Source: Nemertoderma westbladi
Taxonomy: Eukaryota; Animalia; Xenacoelomorpha
NCBI GenBank assembly: GCA_032718475.1
Contig: JAUCBJ010000482.1
Location: 1 to 49,300, forward strand
Direction of reading: 5' to 3'
DNA: 49,300 nucleotides
Made by a program: the position numbers and the translations under genes. The notes beneath the pieces were generated by a model, which saw only the letters and a program-made list of their open reading frames with translations, was not told the origin of the DNA and searched no databases. This document shows positions 12,951-22,600 of this stretch, in pieces (position 1 is the stretch's first letter; every line of letters begins with the position of its first letter).

Positions 12951-14237
12951 ACAGACTGACAGAGGTAGGAGGGGTAGGAGATTTCGCGCAGTATTTCTGC
13001 TGTGCGCGCCAATCTCGCGCAGAATTTCTGCTGCACGCGCCAATCTCGCGCAGTTTTTCTGCTGCGCACGCGGATTTTGCACTGTTTTCGACTGCGCATT
13101 TTTTTCTAGCCAGATGCCTGTCTTTCTTTTTTGATAATTCTTCAATTATCCTTCTAAGTGCCAAAATGGGCTCCATGGTCCCACGACCTTTACGGAACCC
13201 ATACTGATTTCCACGGAGCAGTCTCTCAATGGGATCCCTGATGCGATTTAATAGAATCCTATTGTATAGCTTTGCAGCAATCGAGATCAATGAGATTCCC
13301 CGAAAAGAACCATAGAGTGTTAGGTTGCCCTTCTTGGGAACTGGCACCAACTTATTTGTTTTCATTTCTTGTGGGACTCTTGTTGTTCGGTACATGTCTA
13401 CTATGATCGGATAGATGAGCTTTAAACACTCAGGTATTTTAAAGACCTCAGGGGGAACACCATCTACTCCACTGGCACGATTGGTCTTAATGCTCTTTGC
13501 AGCAGCCTTCACTTCTGCAAAGGAGATATCGCCAATGGGAATATCTGGGAGTACAGACTCAGACACTTTTACTTCTATAAAGTTATCAGGCAATACCCTG
13601 TCATTATTGAGGAGCTTTTCAAAGTGGGCTTTCCAACCATTGAGGCGATCGGCTGGTGATTCAGCCTTAACCTTGGTGGTTGGTTGGCTTTTCCGCCCAG
13701 TAAGCAGATTGATTGATTTCCATGCCTGGGATGATTGCCTGCTGTCGTCAGCATCATTGATGGCATCAACCTGTTGGTTTATTAGCTCCTGTAGATTAAC
13801 AGAGTACTGCCTGTTCAGGGACCTAGATGCAGCCTTAACTGCATTCTTGGCCGCTGTAGTCTGTTTGAGTCGGGACTCTTTCTGCGCCCTATGAAGGTCA
13901 TTTCGGCACTTCTGAATTTTGTTGTCAGTCCAGGGGGCCCTTTTCCTGTTTCGAGGGTATACAGGAACTGTTTCACCTGACGCCTGATAACGCCTACTGC
14001 ACGCGTGATTCGTTGCTGCACGCACCAGATATGGTCGAAAACTGCCATACTCTGCAACCTGGCGGTACAGTACCGGTACTACAGACTGACAGAGGTAGGA
14101 GGGGTAGGAGATTTCGCGCAGTATTTCTGCTGTGCGCGCCAATCTCGCGCAGAATTTCTGCTGCACGCGCCAATCTCGCGCAGTTTTTCTGCTGCGCACG
14201 CGGATTTTGCACTGTTTTCGACTGCGCATTTTTTTCT
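11978..14237. repeat. Near-identical tandem duplication, 1130-bp unit (11978-13107 / 13108-14237)
   Basis: Matching ORFs offset by exactly 1130 (e.g. 12285/13415); only two substitutions noticed; the unit comprises an RTE fragment plus part of a GCGC-rich element. Confidence 0.95.
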
Positions 14238-14278
14238 GCGCCGCGTCGCGTTCGGCGCACAAAAAAGTCACTTAGCAC
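14105..14278 (-). mobile_element. Terminal part of the GCGC-rich DNA element seen intact at 40722-41297
   Basis: Reverse-complement match to ~40727-40919, including the TGCTAAGT terminal motif; partial duplicate at ~12975-13107. Confidence 0.75.
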
Positions 14279-14566
14279 GAATTCCTACGAATTACCCAAA
14301 AAAACACAAAATTACCCAAAAATACACAAAAAAAATAAAAAAAAAACACCAAAAATTTACCCAAAAAAACACAATATTACCCAAAAAACTTACCCAAAGA
14401 GACAAAAATAATTTATATCCTATAAAAAGGTATAACAGTATAGAATTATATTCCCTAAATGCCGTGAATTTTCAAAATTTTATTTTTATTCGAATTAACT
14501 TTGTAAAAGATTACATTGAGTCCTCATTTGTATTTGTTATATCTATTGTACGCCTATTAGTCAAGT

Positions 14567-14653
14567 GGTTCAGTAGCTCAGTCGGTAGAGCGTTGGAAAT
14601 TATATGTGTAGTAGGTATTGAGTTCGAATCCTAGTAAGTGCGAATTATTTTTT
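14567..14653 (+). other. tRNA-like Pol III unit inside the LTR (second copy at 29464-29550)
   Basis: A box/D-arm TAGCTCAGTCGGTAGAGC from 14574, B box GAGTTCGAATCC at 14620-14631, T6 at 14648-14653. Acceptor and anticodon stems do not pair, so this is not a functional tRNA. Confidence 0.7.
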
Positions 14654-14719
14654 GTGCAGAATTTCAACTCATTTAAATTGACCGCTACAAATTAAGTTGC
14701 ATTTGTCTGTACCTAGATT

Positions 14720-14870
14720 AACCAATGAGACTGCAGTTATTAGATTGTAACCAATGTCGTGCAAATTATATATTAGCTGGACCAATAGTTATCTTTAAAA
14801 ACCTGTTAGAACCTATAGAACAATCGAGAATTTTCTCGATTGATTGCAGCACAAATTTGGTATATAAAGG
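14720..14870 (+). promoter_or_regulatory. Putative LTR Pol II promoter: 3 CCAAT boxes, HSE-like palindrome, TATA box
   Basis: ACCAAT at ~14721, ~14750 and ~14781; AATCGAGAATTTTCTCGATT at 14822-14841; TATATAAAG at 14861. Confidence 0.55.
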
Positions 14871-16338
14871 TGCGATTTGTTCATTAGTTATCTTATCTTA
14901 TATATCTGAGATTTAATTATTCTGAGTTATCTGATATTTGTTTATTCTGTCATTAGTTTTCAGATTACATTTTGTATTATTATCTGCAATAAATTCAGAA
15001 ATACCGCTACCTGCTTTTCTTTTCACCATGATTCACTACGGTGAACACTCTTAGGAACAGGATGGCCGGCTAGAGATCGGGCCGCAGCAATGAACGGGAA
15101 CATCGAGGGAATGTAGACAGGAGACAACCCGCAATACCACCTTAGTTATTCGCCCATCGCCTGAAAGGTTAGACAGCGTTCGACGCCTTGCTACCTAAGC
15201 GTAAGACCAAAGATCAAAGGTAGAAGTAGTGACACGCTGTGAGCCCAAAATTACATCTTAGGGACTGTACTGTCTTAATTCAGGAAAAACCACAGTAGAC
15301 CTTCACATTCCTACGGGGGAGAGCGCAGGCAGATACTAGTACGCAGATAGGACGTAGGCACACCGGTACGAAGCATACACATTGGTAGGGTGCAGCAAAC
15401 TGTACGCCTAACTCTTGCTAAGTGCAGGTGCGTTTGCGACTATTTGCAGTACAACGGTGTCCATTGCATTAGAACTTGTAGGCTAGGAGGGTTGCTGTGT
15501 TTCACCTGAATTAGGATTGTACCGTTCAGGCGGTAGGGCAGTTTACAACTAGGCGCAAATAAATTGAGGCTATTAGGGATATACTAACATCTACCGTGTC
15601 CCCGCCAACGTCCTGATAGGAAGTTACCCAGCCTACCTAGGTGACTAAAATTCTAGATAAGAGCCAGGATAGCTATTAGTAACTGTACGCCTACTGTAGT
15701 AAACTAACACATTTCTTCTTAGTATTAGGGGCCTGGTAAATTAAAATTGCCGAATTCTGGGCGTAGCATTAACCTTATGCCTGAATTTGAGTCCTGGAAA
15801 TACGCAAGAGGGGAAGGAACCTTATCATTCGTGAGTATTGGACCTACAAGTTATAAAATTAGAATATTCGTAAAATGCACACCGTACCCAGTAATTATAT
15901 ATGTGAAGGAGCAAAACTGCTTTGACTGTTCAGAATTAACACACGCGCGTTAGAAATTATTTACACCTCAAAATATATAAAATTAACTTTTGTCCGTACT
16001 GTGCTTTGCCCGCTAGTTAGACATCTCCAAATCTCTGCCTCTGTACCTAGCTAGCGTCTCTTTCGCCCAACCATATAAATCACACCGCGGCAAAGTATAC
16101 GAGCCTCTTAGTCCGTCAGTGAGTCAGCCTGATTTTAGGATTCGCTGCGCGGGATTTTGTTTTATCGAAGTTTGTCTGCTCGTAGACTGTTTTCTGCCTC
16201 ACCGGTTATAAGAGATCGATACTGCAATATATTCGCTTACTTAGAGTTTACTGTTTTGGTGAGAAGGTCGGATTTATGATTTGATTCACAAACTTTACAG
16301 TAGGATATTGCAGGTATTGTTACTGTCTCTTCGCATCA

Positions 16339-16349
16339 GTAGGAATGTG
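16339..16349 (+). promoter_or_regulatory. Non-canonical primer-binding site complementary to LTR positions 15304-15314
   Basis: GTAGGAATGTG directly abuts the LTR end and is the exact reverse complement of CACATTCCTAC (15304-15314); no TGG-type tRNA PBS is present. Confidence 0.65.
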
Positions 16350-17150
16350 TTTTACTGAACTACGGTTCGGTTGGACTAAAGTTATTTGAAAATTTTGTAT
16401 TTTGAGGTAAAAGTTTATATTTGATTGGCTAAGTGCTAATTTTTTGACATAAAATTTGATTTGTACCGCGTGTAAAATATTTTTTGGAATTGAATACCGG
16501 TGTTTAAAAAGGGTTTAAATACCATATTGTACCGGTACAAAATTTTTCGTAAAGGTAAAACCTAACTCTTTTGTTTTTCAGGATTCAGAACTCATTTCTA
16601 GACTGTAACGGGAGCAAGACCGTGTTTAGCAAGTTTGGGAGATAGATAACTCAACAACTTTGGTTGGGAAAATCGCGCTTCGTCCGCAACGCTGAAAACG
16701 GAAAGGTTCACGTCCGGTTTGTATCTGGGAATCTGTTTTTCTGGAGAATTATTGGAGTGGGTGAGTTCGAAAAGTTGCATAAATAAGTTAGGCATTACCG
16801 TATTAGTTAAAAATTATTGTGGGTTCCACTGTCTCAAGTATTTATGCATTCCGTATGATTTCTTTGTTCATTGCTGAATTAGTCCGTATTATTGTATTTA
16901 ATTTACCTTTTGATAACGCATATCGTTATCCGATTTATTTGTTATAAAATTGGCCGCTAGGCTAATTTTATTATATACTTATACCGTGACATTTATTTGC
17001 TGTAAAATTGGCCGTTTAGGCTAATTTTATCCATCTGCTATAAAATCGGCCGGTAGGCTAATTTTATATGACTGTAATTAGTACCGTTTAGATAAAATAC
17101 GGTAAGTTTGATACTTTGACACTCACTTTACTTGACTTACAACTACCGAA

Positions 17151-19679
17151 ATGAGTGACAAACAAGACTATACGAAGAATACACCTACCGACTATGACTC
17201 ATGTGACGCGGATAAGTCAGCAGCGGAAGAACAACAGGGGAAGACTCGCGAGCCTACCGAACCTACACCGTGTGCGTCACCAGTACATCCAACGGGAGTA
17301 CCGGATGCCGTAGTACGAGGCGACGGCAGGACCGAGGACTTTCTAACTGTTCCGCAACCTAGATACAGGGAAACGGACATGGTAAGTTCAGCAGGAAGCC
17401 AGGAGAGTGTGGTTAGAAGCGTCGGCGGTTACATGGCGCATATTACCAGGAGTATTGGAGAAGGCCAACGCATATTAGACGAGTTGACCGCTCCGATGTC
17501 TCGATTCGAGTTCTACACCCTCCAGGTTAGAGTACAAAGTAGAGTACACAAGTCCGTAGATAACCTAATTGGTCTACAAGATCTAGCTAGACAGAGACAG
17601 GACATGGATACTCAGCTTAGAATCCTCGAGAAACTAATGATCACTAGAGAGAAACTGATTCAGTTTAAGTCGACGATTAGGCAGGTACAACAGGAACAAG
17701 CGGACCAGTTGTTAGGTGAGTCAGTTTCGGACGAATTATTGCAACCCGAGGAAGAACAGGAACTGTATAGGCTAGATGGACAATTGAAACACCTGATGGA
17801 TCACTTACGTATGTGCGGCGAAGACGTCGGCGATTTGGAAACCGTGCCGGAATATACGAGGGAAATTTCACCCGTACGAATCGAATCGGCAACGGGAATA
17901 TTGGATCAATCGTTGGTAAGTATTCGTAGCGAAATTGGCGAGGGAAGTATGGTCACGTCAGAAGTTGCTCGACAACAGCAAGAATTCTACCGACAACGAC
18001 GAGAAATGGAGGAACAAGCTCAACTTCTAGTGATGCAGGCAGCAGTAGAGGAAGAGAAGCTACGCGTTGCGAATGTAGCGAGAATCTCTCATCTACAGGA
18101 ACAAGCTGAATTAGAAGCAGCTGAAATAGAAAGGTTAGAGGTAGACATTGCCCGACAAGCGGCAGCGGCAGCAGCCGAGTTAGAGCGACAAACGGCAGCA
18201 GCCGAGTTAGAGCGACAAACGGCAGCAGCCGAGTTAGAGCGACAAACGGCAGCAGCCGAGTTAGAGCGACAAACGGCAGCGGCAGAGTTAGAGCGAGAGA
18301 GGTTAGTTTCGGAAGCACGGGCCGAAATGAAAACACGGCAAATAAAAGCTCAATCCGCTATACGACAAGCTGAGTTTGAGGCGCAACGACAACAAACGGA
18401 ACAACGAGAGAAGACAGCTAAACTTCATTTCGAACTCGAGAAGAAGGCGAGAGAATTAGCGAACGCCGAGGAAGATCTGGATCAAAAGGCCCGCGATCGA
18501 TCAATGAGATCTCGAGACGGACATGACTTGGACCAGATAGAGGTAAGACATCGCCAAATTCAGGAACGGAAGAAGGAAGGAAGCGTAGGAGCACCCGGAC
18601 GGGAACGACAATTAGTAAAAGATTTGTGTCAACGATTCCCACAAGTAACTCCTATGTTTGCACCAATTATGACTAAGGAACCTGTTTCGATTGCTGGTAG
18701 TAGTAATATTTCTCCTATCCATGGCGCGACGGAACACAGGTTTGTTATTCCGGACAAGTTTACATCGCCAAGAGCAACGTCGTCGCCTATTCCGAAAGTC
18801 AAGGTAAGTAACCCGCCGATTACAGATCGTAGTAGTTTGTTGACTGGACCTGCACCACTGACGACTAAACAGGTGAGTCCACCATCGACACCTAAACCCG
18901 TTACACACTACGCTTACCCAATGACGTTTCGACCTACAAGGCCAGTCGATTCAGCTGTTACTCGACCACCGAACCAATTTACATCGCAATCTACGACTTC
19001 GAGGAATACTTGTGAGCCTACCGAACAACGGAGAACAGTGGATACGCGACCGGTTCAGTTTACATCGCAATCTACGACTTCGAGGAAGACTTGTGAGCCT
19101 ACCGAACAACGGAGAACAGTGGATACGCGACCGGTTCAGTTTACATCGCAATCTACGACTTCGAGGAAGACTTGTGAGCCTACCGAACAACGGAGAACAG
19201 TGGATACGCGACCGGTTCAGTTTACATCGCAATCTACGACTTCGAGGAAGACTTGTGAGCCTACCGAACAACAGAGATCAGTGGACGATGTTCCGAAACG
19301 AAACGTCAGAATTCGTACGACACAACGGACGCGAGCACGTCGACCACCATATCCAGATGATAGTAGTACTTCGAGCGAATCGGATTACCCGAAACGCGAG
19401 GTATTTAGAACAGGGGCGGCCGATGAATATAAACGCGAGCGTTCAGACAACTCCTTTGTAGACAATCCTCCACAGAATACACCAACACAGAAGGCGTTAC
19501 AACCAACGGACGCAATCAGTACACAACAGTTCGCCGACATCCTGCGACCAGTTGTTAACAAGTTGGCTCAGATCGAGGAACGCTTGGAGGAAGTTCACAC
19601 CGACAGTTCGAGAAATTCCGAATTCGAACACAATAGAAATCCAAAGGTTCCGCAAAGACAAATACCATCGACCAGCTAA
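17151..19679 (+). CDS. Gag-position ORF (coiled-coil and low-complexity N-terminal part), 842 aa
   Basis: First long ORF after the 5' LTR. E/Q/A/R-rich coiled coil, AAAELERQT repeats (~18160-18297), 81-bp repeats (~18978-19287); no CCHC knuckles. Confidence 0.75.
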   Translation: MSDKQDYTKNTPTDYDSCDADKSAAEEQQGKTREPTEPTPCASPVHPTGVPDAVVRGDGRTEDFLTVPQPRYRETDMVSSAGSQESVVRSVGGYMAHITRSIGEGQRILDELTAPMSRFEFYTLQVRVQSRVHKSVDNLIGLQDLARQRQDMDTQLRILEKLMITREKLIQFKSTIRQVQQEQADQLLGESVSDELLQPEEEQELYRLDGQLKHLMDHLRMCGEDVGDLETVPEYTREISPVRIESATGILDQSLVSIRSEIGEGSMVTSEVARQQQEFYRQRREMEEQAQLLVMQAAVEEEKLRVANVARISHLQEQAELEAAEIERLEVDIARQAAAAAAELERQTAAAELERQTAAAELERQTAAAELERQTAAAELERERLVSEARAEMKTRQIKAQSAIRQAEFEAQRQQTEQREKTAKLHFELEKKARELANAEEDLDQKARDRSMRSRDGHDLDQIEVRHRQIQERKKEGSVGAPGRERQLVKDLCQRFPQVTPMFAPIMTKEPVSIAGSSNISPIHGATEHRFVIPDKFTSPRATSSPIPKVKVSNPPITDRSSLLTGPAPLTTKQVSPPSTPKPVTHYAYPMTFRPTRPVDSAVTRPPNQFTSQSTTSRNTCEPTEQRRTVDTRPVQFTSQSTTSRKTCEPTEQRRTVDTRPVQFTSQSTTSRKTCEPTEQRRTVDTRPVQFTSQSTTSRKTCEPTEQQRSVDDVPKRNVRIRTTQRTRARRPPYPDDSSTSSESDYPKREVFRTGAADEYKRERSDNSFVDNPPQNTPTQKALQPTDAISTQQFADILRPVVNKLAQIEERLEEVHTDSSRNSEFEHNRNPKVPQRQIPSTS

Positions 19680-19687
19680 TCCACCAG

Positions 19688-22600
19688 GTGAGTTTAGAAC
19701 TTGGGGAGAAGACGAGTCAGCTAGAGATTCCATCGACGACAGATGATAACGCCGGAAGGCTTGCGAGTCTACCTACCCCAATAACCTCAACAATACCTGT
19801 CGATATCGATGATGACGCGTTGAGAAATCATCAAGTGGAACAAGCTGCATTGGACAAAGAATTAACGGAGAAGACTATCAGGTGGTTAGAACAAGATACA
19901 GCTGAACCTGGTAGCTACGAACCATGTATGTCGGAACAAGAGAAACAATCTTTGAGGATCATGGAAGATACTATCCGCCAGACGGAAGACGGACATTATG
20001 AGGTAGGGATGTTATGGCGTAGCCAAAGTCCTAAACTCATAAATAACTATCCACTAGCTTTAAGACGTCTACACTCAATACGGCAACATCTATTAAAGGA
20101 CGAGAAAGCCCATCTGCAGTACAACACTCAGATGGAGACGTATTTGACCAAGGGATACGCTATCCGAATGACTAACCCAGAGATAGTGACTAACCAGACA
20201 TACTACTTGCCACATCACTTTGTGAGACACCCCGACAAACCAGACAAAGTACGTGTAGTCAATGACTGTGCTGCTCTGTTTGAGGGAATGTCCCTCAATA
20301 GCGAGTTGATGGATGGACCAAACATGAATAATTATCTTATGGGGGTGATTATGCGCTTCCGTCAGCGTCAAGTAGCTTTTACTTGCGACGTTGAAGCTAT
20401 GTTTCACCAAGTGAGAGCGTTAGAGCGAGACAGAGACAGTTTGAGGTTCCTCTGGTACCCGGAAGGAGACTTAAGTCTACCACCGGTGACTTACCAAATG
20501 CAAGTTCGCGTTTTCGGTGCCAGGGACAGCCCAAACTGTACAATGTACGCCCTAAAGCAAGCCGCTAGGGATCAGAAACACCTGTATGACCCAGAGATAA
20601 TTAAGATTGTGGAACGTGACTTTTACGTCGACGACGGTTTACAGAGTTGCGACACAGTAGAACGTGCTACTACAGTAGCACATCAATTACGGGACTGCTT
20701 AGCGGGCGGAGGTTTTAACCTCACCAAATTCGCCTCAAACAGTGCCGAATTAGTAGACTCATTCGGAACGACTGAGCGTGGAGGTGGTGACATAGACCTA
20801 GAGTTCGAACCACTACCGACGACCAAGGTGTTGGGGCTCTTTTGGGACCCAAACACGGACAACTTTCGAGTGAAGGTGAGACTGGACAGTCAAGAAAACA
20901 CACTGACAAAGAGATCATGCTTGTCAAAATTGAGCCGATTGTTCGATCCATTAGGATTCATCAGTCCAATAATACTGCAAGCCCGCATTTATATGCGCAG
21001 TATTTGGAAGGATGGACTGACATGGGACGAGCCGATCTCATCAGACCAAGTGGACTTATGGAAGACCTGGGAGGCAGAATTATCTTCGCTAGAGGATTAT
21101 TCCATACCCAGAGTCTACTTTCCATTACAAACAACATTTCCTGACAACTTGGAATTACATTGTTTTTCGGACGCCAGTGACAACGGTTTTGGTGTGGCAG
21201 CGTACTTGCGCAGACAAGTAGACTCAGAAGAATTCGATGTTTCGCTCATTACTTCTAAGGCAAAAACAATGCCTACTAAGTATATGACGACACCACGAGC
21301 TGAGCTACAAGCCGCAACCCTGTCCACCACCATCGTGAACCTTATACAGACAGAACTACAGTCAAGTTTACAGATATTTTATTGGACTGACGCGACATTG
21401 GTTTTATTTTACATAAACAACGACACACTTGAATTCAAGACATTCGTAGCTAACCGTCGCGCAGAAATTCTAGACCGTTCAATAAAGGAAGATTGGCGAC
21501 ATTGTCCCGGACCACAAAACCCAGCCGATATTGCGTCGCGAGGAATGATGCCTGAGGAATTCTGTAAACCGGAGAACAAAGAATTTTGGCAACACGGACC
21601 ACAATTCTTACAAAGATCAACACTAAATTGGCCACCACTATATGACAACAAGTCTAACACTATCCCTAAGGACGCCGAAATCAAAAAACCAAAGAAAGGG
21701 AAAGCAAAGAAAAAGACGGCGGCTAAACTCAAGAAGAAACCGAAGGCGAAATGGAAAGATATAACTTCAAAGGTCAAGAACGGAAGACTTGCGAGCCTTT
21801 CTACACCAGACATATCGCCAGACGGTCAACCAGACACGTTACTAGACAGCCAACCAGACATTTTGCCAGACATATCACAAAATGTTCTACCAGACACTAG
21901 TAACATATTGACAAACAGGAAAGCCGCAGTTTCCCTATTGGAGCGGCCTTCTATTGACAAACAGCCAGACACGTTACCAGACGTATCGCCAGACACGTTA
22001 CTAGACGGTCAACCAGACGTTTTGCCAGACACGTCACTAGATATTTCGCCGGATGTTCCGCGAAACATTTTACCAGACATGTCACAAAATGTTCTACCAG
22101 ATACTAGTAACATATTGACAAACAGTAAAGCCGCAGTTTCCCTATTGGAGCGGCCTTGTATTGACAAACTACCAAATTTGACACACTTGAGCAACCACAA
22201 GCACGGTGAAACCTCATGTATTACAGATGTGGGTAGTACCTACGCTAATGTAAATACAGGTGTTACTCTGCGCTCAAGAGACATACCAAACTTGCAACCT
22301 ATGGTGAGACCTGGGATTAATGTCGGCAGAAAAATAAGTTTACCGAAACCCACTGACCCCATAGAGTTCAAACCACCATTAACGATCGACTTACAAAGTA
22401 CTGACAACCAGGGTAAGAAGACGAAGAAGGACAAATTACTTGTAGACCCGGACGGATCAACAGTCGACAAGGGAATACTTACCGGCGGACCCGTGGGCCC
22501 TTCTAGTAAATCAAAACCTTCCAAATTCTTTGACTTACCTGATGACGTCACAAATACTCACGTCGACCGTATTGTAAACCTAACAGATTCTTGGACAAAC

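Larger units (their letters stand above)
14439..16338 (+). repeat. 5' LTR (1900 bp), termini TA...CA
   Basis: Identity with 29337-31235 spans TATAGAATT to TTCGCATCA; about five differences seen by eye (1 indel, 4 substitutions). Confidence 0.95.

Noticed and set aside
11474-13099. 541-aa ORF as an intact novel RT gene
   Set aside because: The N-terminus is read-through of a MITE, the endonuclease is absent, and the RT is truncated shortly after FADD.
14567-14640. Functional tRNA gene
   Set aside because: Acceptor and anticodon stems do not pair; only the A and B boxes are conserved.
15747-15953. 68-aa ORF present three times (also 30644 and 32727)
   Set aside because: Repeated only because it lies in LTR sequence; TTG start, no motifs.
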